From Myxococcota bacterium (lineage in GTDB: Bacteria > Myxococcota_A > SURF-8 > G963663525), in assembly GCA_963676915.2 (NCBI GenBank), contig CAXXVK010000067.1, positions 160,001 through 224,000 on the forward strand: DNA of 64,000 nucleotides, written 5' to 3'. A program made the position numbers and the translations under genes. The notes beneath the pieces are model-generated. The model had not been told where the DNA came from. It worked only from the letters and a program-made list of their open reading frames with translations, and did not search any database. Position 1 is the first letter of the stretch. Each line of letters opens with the position of its first letter. Of the stretch, positions 9,518-19,721 are shown in pieces.

Positions 9518-10032
9518 TACCGGGCAACTCCTGAACATGACCGACCTGGCACGGGATGCCGATGTTGCTCCGAATACGGCCAAGACCTGGCTATCCATCC
9601 TCCAAGCTTCGGGGGTGAGTGTACCATACGAATGTTACCAAACGGCTTGTGAAAACTCCCAAGCTTTACATGCTGGACACTGGTTTGTGTGCCTACCTGA
9701 CGGAGTGGTCGAGTCCCAAAACCCTGGAGGCCGGGGCCATGTCCGGTGCAGTACTTGAGACGTGGATCATTGTGGAACTTCTGAAAAGCTACTGGTACAA
9801 AGGCTTGCAGGCTCCGTTCTACTACTACCGGGACAAAGACCAGAAAGAGGTTGACCTGCTGATCGTTCAGGCCGGGACGATGTACCCGGTTGAAATCAAA
9901 AAGACCGCCTTCTCCGGCAAGAAGGATGTCTGACATTTTCTGCCGGTCAGGGATGGTGGGATCATCTGCCTTGCAACCGAAGCATTTCCACTGACAGAAT
10001 CGATCTGGTCGGTACCGGTGGGGATGCTATGA
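9518..10032 (+). pseudogene. C-terminal remnant of an AAA+ ATPase/DUF4143 protein
   Basis: GQLLNMTDLARDADVAPNTAKTWLSIL / KRLVKTPKLYMLDTGL / YYYRDKDQKEVDLL...PVEIK; N-terminus missing, frame break and premature stop. Confidence 0.75.
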
Positions 10033-10220
10033 AGAATCTTCGAACACTTTTTCAGGGTACCCCTCTCACACACCGGGCTTTGTACAGGTTGAATACACAA
10101 AAAGCGAAACGCCTACAAATCCCAAACAACGAGACAATGAATCGTCAAGAAGATAGGAAAATAGCTATTTCAAGCTTAACAGAACACCATGAATAGAATG
10201 TTAGCCAAAGCTAAAACTTG

Positions 10221-11724
10221 CTAATATGGAATTTCCGTTTTAGGAATCAATACAGTAAAGGTGGTTCCTACTCCCACTTCGCTTTCGACGCGGATATAGC
10301 CTCCGTGTTTGCGAACAATCCCCTGGGAAACCGACAACCCCAATCCCGTTCCCTTTCCTTTCGTCGTAAAAAACGGTTCGAAAATTCGCTGCCGCGTATG
10401 CTCGGGTTATGCCGGGGCCGTTGTCGATGACATTGACCTTGACAAATCCTTTATCAGACTGGCCGTCCGCGTTGATACGGATCACCCCTTTTTCCGGTAT
10501 GGCTTGAAGTGCGTTAAGGAGCAAATTCACGAAAACCTGGCAAAGAAGCTGTCCGTCTCCATGAATCGGGGGAAGGTTTTCCGGGATATCGACCTTCAAG
10601 CAAACTTTGGAAATTTTCATCTGGTTGGATACGAGTTGTGCGGATCGATGAACGACGTCCACAAGATTCAATGGCTCCAGATTGATTTCCTGCTCTTTTG
10701 CGAAATCGAGAAGATTCCGAACGATGCGCCTGGCTCGTTCGGCTTCGCCGATGATCTCTTCGATCATTTCGACTTTTTCGTCCTTATCGTAATCCTCGTA
10801 ATCCTCCATGATCGTCGAAGCGGTTAACATGACGTTATTCAAAGGATTGTTGAGTTCGTGCGCCACTCCGGCCACCAAACTGCCGATGGCCCGGATCTTG
10901 TGACTTTCCACCATAATTTGATGACGATACTCCAGTTCGTCGATCATGTGGTTGAATGCATGGGCTAGTTGGGTAAATTCATCGCGATATTTGCGTCTTG
11001 GGGTAATGTGAGTGAAATCGCCCTTGCCGATACGGTCCGTGTACGACATAAAACGTGAAAGCGCGTTCAATAAAGGACGGGTAATCAGGATACTGATCGC
11101 CAGCATCATAACAAAAAGGATGCCTAAAAAAACGCGTGGAATATGGCGAATCAGTATAAAGGTCTGATCTACGGATTTTTTTTCCTGTGCCGAAAAATTT
11201 CCGGCAAAAGCAACCAACGTCGATCCATGTTCCCGCAACTGGTTCTCGATTTGTATTCGCACCTTGCCCGAAGGATGATTTCCCAGTTTTTGCAGCAAAA
11301 CGTCGTATTCTGAAGTATGCTCCACAATCATCCGGTAATTTTCTTTTGAAACCACGTTGCTAACCATGGATTCATTGACATTTAGAAGTTTCCTGGCGTT
11401 TCCTACATGCTCTAGGGCATCTTCAAGATTTGTCCCATAAAGTAGATAATTCTTCTCGAAACGCCGCGCCTGCTGGATTTCGTTCATGTAACTGTCAGCG
11501 ACTTCCAGAAAGTGGGTTTTGTTCTGAAGGACCGATAGGGTATAAATGATCCATATGTTGATAATTGCTGCAAAACCGAAAATGAAAAGAAAAGAAAGGA
11601 TCAATCTAGTCCTGATCCCGAATTTCGGCCTTTCGAACAGATCCTGAGAATCTCTTTTCCTTGTAATCTGCGATCGTTCGCTTTTAGGCAAAGCGGAAGA
11701 AATGTTGTAGTCATCGCCGGGCAT
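10221..11724 (-). CDS. Membrane HAMP-domain sensor histidine kinase (frameshift near 10410)
   Basis: Two TMs, HAMP, H-box [11 protein letters not shown]-box [11 protein letters not shown]1 DNGPG; shifted frame gives [16 protein letters not shown]...[11 protein letters not shown] ending at 10221. Confidence 0.88.
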
Positions 11725-11740
11725 CTGGACCTTTCCAGAT

Positions 11741-14217
11741 TCAACGGAAGGCTTCAAGTCTGCCTTCTAAGAAGTATTTTATATAGGTCTTCACGGTATC
11801 GTCGTTGGCAAGAATATAGTCGAGCTCACGCGCGCAGGCCATCAATCTTCCCAACGTTTCCAAGGCTTCTTCCGTCTCTTTTCTCGGGTGGAACCTGAAC
11901 CATGCTGCTACGATATCTCCCCGACAGTCTACACTGAAACCGGATGATCGTTAAAACGACTTCAAGAAATTTAGCCCGTCGCTTTCGATTGGCCTCGGAT
12001 GCCCCTCCTCCTTGGAAGCGAAATGTCACATAGTTTTTTTCAATTCCCGATCCTGCAACTGCATCCACCATCGCATAGTGGAATACGAAACGGGCATTGA
12101 AGTTCATGTAATCCTTTGCAATGATGAAATAATTCGTATCCGAAGGGCGACGCGGCCCTTTCGACCCACCCATCACCTGCTCGACAAAGTCTTTGGGAAG
12201 AGCTTCCAAAGCAGGATTCGAACGTCGTTCCCAAGCCACGGTAGCACTGGACAATCCTTGCCAAAACGCCTGGAAGGGGTGACTGAAGACTTTGGACGGG
12301 GATAACTTTTTTCCTTCCATCAAGGTTGAACCATCAAGATCGATCAATTTGGTTTTAATTTGGATGGGCGTTTCAATTGGAATTGCCCGCTGCCTCCAGA
12401 TTCTGTTCTGTCGATCTCCCAAAGCAAACATCGACCGGACCGACATTTCATGAATATATCGAATCGTATCGTGGAGAGACTTGCAGTTTTTCGGTTTGAA
12501 ATCCGACCGGTGCGGATCGTCGAGATTCAGCATCAGCACGGACTCGTGGAGCGGACCGGAAACTTTCTTGGGATTTCGCGACCGTATCCGCGCCAACATC
12601 CGATCGCGCAGGCCGGGCCACTTGGTTCCACGATAAATTCGCCTTTTCGTGGCATCCATGCTCACGACCGAACCCTGTCCGAGTTGCCATACGGCTTCTC
12701 CCACATTGAACAGGCAAGGGACGGCGAATTCACGAACGAGCGTTGCCAGATGTCCCACAGGGTTGCCTTCCTCCACAAGCAATCCGCCAATATGAGGAAG
12801 CAAGGGGGCAAGTTTGGGTGTTGCCTGGGCTACAACGACGATAGCGCCCTTTTTGCTGAGCGCCAATTCCCCTTTCTCCGAAAGATATTCCACGGGCCCT
12901 TCCGCTCTGCCAGGAAAAATCGTGACCCCCTGTTCCACGATCGGCATGGTTTCACGTTCGCGATATTTTTCCTGTTCCGTTGAGTCTCCCCGGTGCAATT
13001 TGCGCCCCTGTAGCAGCCAGATTGCATCGTCAGAATCAATGGCCCACTCCAGGTCCATGTCGTGCCCAATGGCTTTCGCGACGAAGAAGGCGAGTTTTCC
13101 AAGCTTTTCCAGCATCTCTTCCGGTATTCGCTTCGAATAAAGCGGAGTTTGCGAGGAAAGATCGATTGCCGGTTCCTGTCTCAAGAGACTCGGTTCCTCT
13201 TCTCTGGAAAGGAAAAATGTATCGGCGTTTTTTTCCCCACGAATCATGGTATCCGCCAAACCGGGAACCGCACTTGCCAGCATTCCTTGGGTTCCATCTT
13301 TTCCCAAGGCGTAGGTATACAATACACCTGCAAAACGAGGTTGAATGAGCGGCATGAACAATACGGCCATCGGTGTGTCGATTTCCCTGATTCCGTGATC
13401 GAGCCTGTAACGCATGGCTCGATGGGAAAAGCGACTCGCCAACACATCAATATAGGCGGATTCCAAACGATCGGCTTCGACCCCCAGAACGCTGTCGAAT
13501 TGCCCGGCGAATGTGAATTCGTTATCTTCCAGAACGGAACTCGACCGAACGGCCCACTTGGTTTCCGCATCGTCGTTCATCGAGTTGGCGTGATCGGTAA
13601 TCGCTTTGCGTATCGGTTCCGGCAACGCGGCAGATTTGAAAAGCTTCCGGGCGGCCTGCAACCGCGATCGGAACAGATCGGAATCTTCGACATGCGACAA
13701 ATCATGAATTAAAGCGCGTATCCGCTCGTTCAGGCCGTTTTCCTTCATGAAGAGACGATAGGCTTCGGTCGTGATAATGAAACCGTCGGGGACGTGATCG
13801 GGTAATATTCTGCGTAAGCCTACCAATCCGGCAGCTTTTCCACCGATCAAAGGAGCGTTTTCGGAAGCCTCCGTGAGTTTCACGGACAGTACATGGGTTC
13901 GAGCATTGTTCAACTCATTGAAAATCGATCGAAGCCGGTTGTCGATGTCACTGATGGATCGATATAGGGCTTTGTGCCGGTCGCTGTCGAGGAGGTTCAA
14001 CTCCTGAGCCATCAACAGAGTTTCATCAACGATTCTTCGGATGGGGCGCCGGATGCTTGCATAGGTGTAATCCATGAAATTCAGATCCGCTTCCAAATCC
14101 GCCATGAGTTGCAGAACCGAGCCGTTTTTTTTTCAACAAGGACCGAAAAGTTCTATAATGTCGGTACAATTCATGATTCACCGGTACCGGGGTGATTTCG
14201 GAGAGGTCCGTGGTCAT
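11741..14217 (-). CDS. PEP synthase/PPDK-like ATP-dependent phosphotransferase (ATP-grasp plus phospho-His swivel domain), two frameshifts
   Basis: GGKAAGL, VPDGFIITT, AVRSSSVLED, FAGQFDS, DLEWAID...LLQGR, His motif GNPVGHLATLVREFAVP; N-terminus in 14026..14217 (T-run shift near 14130), C-terminus ends ...YFLEGRLEAFR* at 11741. Confidence 0.85.
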
Positions 14218-14618
14218 GACGTTTTCTCCACTTCTACGCCTCTTCCTTTTCGGGCCTTGTCCGCTTTTTCGATAATCACTCGGAGGTCGCTGGGTTTGAA
14301 CGGCTTGGCGATGAAATCGAAGGCACCTTTGACGAGGGCTTCGCGGGCAATTTCAACCGTGGCGTATCCCGTGATGATAATGACTTTCGTCTCTGGTGAC
14401 TTCGCTTGAACGTGCTCCAGAACCTGGATTCCATCGATGTCATCCATTCGCACGTCCGTGACGACGATATCGAAAGCTTCTTGGTCCACTCGCTCGATGG
14501 CGGCCCTTCCGTCGCCAAAGACTTCCACCTCGTACCCTTTTTTCTCCAACGAGGGTTTAAGTCGCTTTCCAACAATTGCTTCGTCGTCCACAAGCATGAT
14601 TTTCGTTTTCCGGTCCAT
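14214..14618 (-). CDS. Single-domain response regulator (REC)
   Basis: LVDDE, VVTDVRM, ITGYA, AKPF. Confidence 0.93.
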   Translation of the reverse strand: MDRKTKIMLVDDEAIVGKRLKPSLEKKGYEVEVFGDGRAAIERVDQEAFDIVVTDVRMDDIDGIQVLEHVQAKSPETKVIIITGYATVEIAREALVKGAFDFIAKPFKPSDLRVIIEKADKARKGRGVEVEKTS

Positions 14619-14636
14619 TTATAGCGTCCTCCGTAA

Positions 14637-15749
14637 TCAGGTGGGAGAGTGTTCTATACGGGTCGATTTCCCCCGTGCCAGAGATCTGGCGATTTTCCGT
14701 TTGTGTCGATAGGCTCTCAGCACGTTGAACAGGATGATGGCGCAGCCCGAAAGCCCTGCGGCAAAAAGAAGCACTTTGCTGGCTTGATTGAAATAAGGAT
14801 CCCATTCCGAGTTGAGATCTATGAACCCTAGTTGTCTCAGGTACATCGGCATTGCAATGGCGCGACTGATGACGCAAAGAATAATGATTACGCCGGTGAC
14901 GATTCGGATCACGATTTCCTTTACGACTTTCGTACCGTAGGTTCCAATGTAAATTCCTACAAGCGAGCCGCAATACAGCAAGAGAACCAATCGTATATCC
15001 ACATAGCCTTGATAGACATAGTTCAGTGCACCGAACGCTCCCATGAACATCGCCATGAACAATTCCGTTCCGGCAGCCACAGCCGTCGGCATTCCAAATA
15101 CATAGATCATCGCCGGAACGCCGATGAAACCTCCCACACCAATCGTTCCTGCCAAGTAGCCGGTCGCCAATCCGACGGCCAACAGCACCCACAGAGAAAC
15201 CTTCACATCCGCAACGGGGAAGGAAATGATCGGGTACAGTTTGAACCGGTGCAGGAAATCAACGATTCGTGTGGAGGGTCCGCCGTTTCCGTCTTGGCTG
15301 CTCAAGGCATCTTTGAGCATGGAAATAGCGACAAGAGATAAAATAAAAACGAAAATGACCGAAATATAAAGGTCAGCAGCAGCTCCCTGGGCAGCTTCTC
15401 CATGTCCCCCGGCACCGCCTTCAAAAAGAGCCGTATTGATGACAACTGCGAGCCGAATGCCTAAAAATGCAGTTACCAACAGGAAAATACCCAGCTTTTT
15501 ATCGACATTTCCAAGTTCGCCATGCTGCTTCGACCCCATCATGGCTTTTCCAAATTTATGCGTAATATTGCTTCCGACAGCCACGACACCAGGTACGCCT
15601 AAATTCATCATGCCCGGCGTCATGAAGAATGCACCTCCACTCCCGATAAAACCGGACAAAATGCCGCCGATAAAGCCGAGAATGGCGACCTGTATGCCGT
15701 TGGATAATGTAACGTTGATAAACAGATCACTTAGTTCCTGAGGAATCAT
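14637..15749 (-). CDS. TauE/SafE family membrane transporter
   Basis: GILSGFIGSGGAFFMTPGM and GTIGVGGFIGVPAMIYVFG repeats, AVGS/AAGT motifs, multiple TMs. Confidence 0.9.
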   Translation of the reverse strand: MIPQELSDLFINVTLSNGIQVAILGFIGGILSGFIGSGGAFFMTPGMMNLGVPGVVAVGSNITHKFGKAMMGSKQHGELGNVDKKLGIFLLVTAFLGIRLAVVINTALFEGGAGGHGEAAQGAAADLYISVIFVFILSLVAISMLKDALSSQDGNGGPSTRIVDFLHRFKLYPIISFPVADVKVSLWVLLAVGLATGYLAGTIGVGGFIGVPAMIYVFGMPTAVAAGTELFMAMFMGAFGALNYVYQGYVDIRLVLLLYCGSLVGIYIGTYGTKVVKEIVIRIVTGVIIILCVISRAIAMPMYLRQLGFIDLNSEWDPYFNQASKVLLFAAGLSGCAIILFNVLRAYRHKRKIARSLARGKSTRIEHSPT

Positions 15750-15804
15750 TTTTTAACCTCTTTGCACCGATTGTTTCCCGTTTTCATAACAATTTTTCCA
15801 TCGT

Positions 15805-17327
15805 TTATTCGATCCGCACCAATTTCAGCAGGGTTTTCGCAACGTTCCCATACAAAAACGCGTATAAGGGCACAAGAACAACCACAAACACTGCAGCGAT
15901 AACTTTTCCCGATAACGTTGAGGCATGAACAAAGGAAAGCATGGTCCCTTGATGGGTAAGCACTGAAATGATAATCCCCATCGCAAACACGAGAAAGACA
16001 GCGAACTTAATCGCCTGTTTGAAAGTGAACATATACGTTTTTTCCAGTTCTTCCGCTTCCACAACCGGTGTATGCAGTTTGTCGCTCAATGAAGCGATCA
16101 GTTCACGCCTCATGCGAATCTGCGCCGCGTGTCCTTTTGTTGTAAATACATTTCCTATGGCCACCAGGTTGTATTTCACGTTACCATCCAGGGTATTGAG
16201 CAAATGTTTTGTTTCGGCCTCCACAGGAGAAATGCCGTCCCGCTACACCGTCCTTGGCCAGCATCGAGTACGTATCATTCAACCCCCCATCGTCCTGCCT
16301 GGCAGAAGCCGTATCCGGTGTATCATCTTCAATGCCACCGTTGTAATCAGTCGAACTCGGTACAATCGGTTGTGATTGGACGGCGTCCTCTGGTGGGTTG
16401 ACCTGATTTTCAGTGGAATCAGGATTGTAGCGGATGAGCTCAACCGCTGCATTCCAGCGGTTAGCGATATCTACGACTTGATTATACGTTTCTTCCGAAT
16501 CGGTAAAATTTTCCTGTATCCAGAGAATATGTGTGGCAGCCATCGTCGTGACCACATCTTTGATGCCATCGACATGACCTACGATGCCTGGAATCATCTC
16601 TGCAACCTGGGTATTGACGGGACGATAGGTCACCGTCGCGGTTCCATCGACGCATTCAATACGGAAAGAGGCGTTCGCTGTGTGCTTGTTTCGGGCCAAA
16701 GCGAGACGAGCCTGTGAAGCGAGCCAGAGGTTTTCAAGAACCTGTGTCGAAGCCGGAACCCCTTGGAACTCCGGAAGAGCTGCCAACGAACAAAGAGCTG
16801 TGGCGGCGTTGACGGTTGTCATGCTGTCAAAGTTCAATGTCATGTCATATTGTGAATGCTCGTTCCAATCCACTCCGTATAGGGTTTTTATCCAACGGTG
16901 AAGATCCTCGTTCACGTCTTCGATATATTTGATTCGCTTTTTCCCACGAAATATTCATTCGCGTCATAATCGAATGAATTTGCTGTTCGATATTTTCGAT
17001 GACTTTGACACGCAAAATGTGCCGAATCCCCGGGAAAAGAAGATGCCCCGCCCGACCATGGTAAACGATATTCGATTGCAAGGCACGTTCGCATAGATAG
17101 GAGGTGGCGAATGCTTGGTAGTGTTCCTTGATAAGCAGAAGGCGATCATTGAAACGTCTCGGCTTAACGATCGCCGTTTCCATCTTTCCAACGGGAATAC
17201 CGTCTTTGATTGCGGCTTCAACAAGCTCTTCCCGACTGATGCATAGGTGTCCGAGATTGCTCGCCAATGCTTCCGCAAGTTCTTTGCCTTTTTCGAAACT
17301 TCCTCTCGATATCGTCGTGATCTGCAT
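15805..17327 (-). CDS. Cytidylate-kinase-like multidomain protein with C-terminal TM helices (split by two frameshifts)
   Basis: ITISRGSFEKGKELAEALA...VYHGRAGHLLF (CMK-like family), YGVDWNEHSQYDMTLN, further domains, two C-terminal TMs; ORFs 16845..17327, 16181..16915, 15805..16224. Confidence 0.75.
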
Positions 17328-17370
17328 GGTTCATTCACTGCCTTTTCAATTGGTTTTCAACACCATGTCT

Positions 17371-17808
17371 TTACGATTCCGCTTCTGCCTTACGTTTCGG
17401 GATAAGAACCGGACATCCCAATACTTTTTCAACCTGAGAAAGCCAGTGTCCGGTCCATAATCCCGACCGAACTTTGACCGTATGTTCGTTTCCTCCCCAA
17501 ACTGCACTTTCGAAGGATGAATAATCGGACATGAATTTGTAGAACTCTGAAAGTGGATCGCCGATTTTAACGACGATCGACGAAGGAACCAAGGTTCCTA
17601 CGAGGTTTTCCAAATGGTGCCCGAGCACGTCACGATATTGCGTTTTCAGGCGATCCGAATCCTCTGCCGATAAAGAATCGAACTTGAGCAAGAGAAGAAA
17701 AAGGATTTCAGCATTTGTTCTTTTGGCAAGTCCCACTGCGAAAAGGACCGCTTCTTTTCGGACTTCAAGATCTTCAAACAAAACGATGATTTTTCTGTGG
17801 CGGCTCAT
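17371..17808 (-). CDS. Universal-stress-protein-like protein
   Basis: KIIVLFED...AVLFAVGLAKRTNAEILFL...IVVKIGDP...VLGCPVLIP, USP fold pattern. Confidence 0.65.
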   Translation of the reverse strand: MSRHRKIIVLFEDLEVRKEAVLFAVGLAKRTNAEILFLLLLKFDSLSAEDSDRLKTQYRDVLGHHLENLVGTLVPSSIVVKIGDPLSEFYKFMSDYSSFESAVWGGNEHTVKVRSGLWTGHWLSQVEKVLGCPVLIPKRKAEAES

Positions 17809-17845
17809 ATTCGATTTTCCGGTTAATGAAACAGAAAAATCATTG

Positions 17846-17861
17846 AGCAAGATCCGTACCT
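17846..17861 (-). promoter_or_regulatory. sigma54 (-24/-12) promoter of the USP-TauE-phosphotransferase operon
   Basis: Minus strand AGGTACGGATCTTGCT = GG-N10-GC, about 40 bp upstream of ATG 17808. Confidence 0.7.
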
Positions 17862-18090
17862 AAAAATTGACAACGGGTTTGAACGTCAATTTATCTGAAG
17901 ATCGTTCAAGCACTTTCTCAGACTTCTTCGACGGAAACGACCAGCAGTAACTCCAATGGATGACAAAAGATTTTTCGCCATGCACGTTGCACTCGCAGAA
18001 GCAAATCACAAGGGGTGAATGTGCCAGCTAACGGAAGGTACAAACTCAAACGATTTGATGGGAACCGATGGACTGATGAAGGACAGCCCA

Positions 18091-18195
18091 CGTTGCAAAT
18101 TGCGACACTTTTTTTCTGTATTAGGTTTTTACAAGTGGTTTCGGTGGGTTAGTTGCTGAGACGAATTTTTTGTAAATGTGTTGCAAAATGATACA
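18091..18195. promoter_or_regulatory. Putative enhancer (UAS) sites for the adjacent sigma54 activator
   Basis: CGTTGCAAATTGCGACA (18091) and TGTTGCAAAATGATACA (18179), matching the palindrome at 19622. Confidence 0.55.
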
Positions 18196-18216
18196 ACTTA
18201 TAGATGCTGAATGGGT

Positions 18217-19602
18217 CTATTCCTTGAATTGAGCCTTTTTCAACTTGCGATACAAGGATGCACGATTGATCCCGAGCAATTCAGCAGCTTTGCTTTTGTT
18301 GTAATTGGTTTGCTCCAACACCCATGAAATGTAATCGTATTCCATTTCTTCTATGGATTGAATCGGAGACGAATGTTTTTGAAAGCGGAAAACCTCAATC
18401 TCTCTCAAATCATCGGGTAAATCCTCTGCTTCGATGAAATCAGACCGAGCCAAGACAGCAGATCGTTCGACAATGTTTTCCAATTCTCGCACATTGCCTG
18501 GATACTTATAGGAGATAAGAACAGACATGGCTTCCCGGGAAAATCCCAAGACCTTTTTTGCGGATCGCCGATTGAACCGGTCGAGAAAATGATTGGCAAG
18601 AGGTGAAATGTCGTCCTGTCGCTCGGCCAGTGTCGGAATGTGAATCGGAACCACGTTCAGCCGGTAGTAAAGATCCTCTCTAAACGTCCCCGATTCCATG
18701 GCTTTCTTCAGATTTTTATTGGTCGCCGCAATGATTCTCAAATCGACTGGAATCGCCTGAACGCCGCCGACACGAAGCAGTTCGCGTTCCTGGATAACAC
18801 GTAAAAGCTTCGATTGCATACCGGAAGACATATCTCCCGCTTCATCGAAAAAAATCGTTCCGCCATTGGCACTTTCCAGCAATCCCGGTCGGGAAGTCGT
18901 AGCCCCGGTATAAGAGCCTTTTTCATGTCCAAACAACTCGTTGGACAACAAATCGTCTGCGAAGGAAGCACAGTTGATCGGCAAAAAACGTTTGGAAGCA
19001 CGGGCGCTTAGACCATGAATGGCTGATGCGACCAACTCTTTTCCGGTTCCCGAATCACCCGTAATCAGGACATTGGAATCCGTGACTGCAATTTGCCGGA
19101 TCAAACGTTTGATTTTCAAAATCTGTGGGCTTGTGCCGATAATGCGATCCAAGCCCTTACCGGCTTGCTTCTGAAGGTTGTCGATTTGGAGACGCAGTCG
19201 ACGTTTTTCCAGGGCCTGTTCGGTAATATGCTTTACTTCCCCGGCACGTAAAGGTTTCGTAACATAATGAAATGCTTTGTTTTTTATCGCTTCGATGGCA
19301 GTTTCTACCGATCCGTATCCCGTGACGATAATGACCTCGGAATAAGGATCGAGATTTTTAGCGACCTGAAGAACCTCCAGACCATCCACATCGTCCATTC
19401 TCAGGTCGGTCAACACTACGCTGAACGACTCACGTTCAAGTAGTGCAATGGCGTCCCTGCCCGATCCTGCGGTGCGTATCTCGTAGGAATCATTGCGAAA
19501 AATTCGCCGTAAAGCCCGCCGCGTTACGGGGTCGTCATCGACAATAAGGATACGATCGAATGGATCGATTACATTTGCATGAGGTTGGTTTTCTTTAGTC
19601 AT
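18217..19602 (-). CDS. sigma54-dependent response regulator (NtrC/AtoC family)
   Basis: REC domain, GDSGTGKE, ELFGHEKGSYTGA, FREDLYYRLNV, PGNVRELEN, Fis HTH. Confidence 0.95.
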   Translation of the reverse strand: MTKENQPHANVIDPFDRILIVDDDPVTRRALRRIFRNDSYEIRTAGSGRDAIALLERESFSVVLTDLRMDDVDGLEVLQVAKNLDPYSEVIIVTGYGSVETAIEAIKNKAFHYVTKPLRAGEVKHITEQALEKRRLRLQIDNLQKQAGKGLDRIIGTSPQILKIKRLIRQIAVTDSNVLITGDSGTGKELVASAIHGLSARASKRFLPINCASFADDLLSNELFGHEKGSYTGATTSRPGLLESANGGTIFFDEAGDMSSGMQSKLLRVIQERELLRVGGVQAIPVDLRIIAATNKNLKKAMESGTFREDLYYRLNVVPIHIPTLAERQDDISPLANHFLDRFNRRSAKKVLGFSREAMSVLISYKYPGNVRELENIVERSAVLARSDFIEAEDLPDDLREIEVFRFQKHSSPIQSIEEMEYDYISWVLEQTNYNKSKAAELLGINRASLYRKLKKAQFKE

Positions 19603-19621
19603 GTGCTCATTCTATGCGAGA

Positions 19622-19638
19622 TGTTGCAAAATGCAACA
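19622..19638. promoter_or_regulatory. Palindromic operator TGTTGCA-N3-TGCAACA
   Basis: Perfect 7-bp inverted repeat just upstream of the activator gene, in the divergent intergenic region. Confidence 0.6.
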
Positions 19639-19721
19639 CGAAAAATGGCAAACTATTTGCAATTACCTCATTGGGAAAAACTCATCCACGCAAACACCGC
19701 GTGTTTTAAAGGAGATGTACA

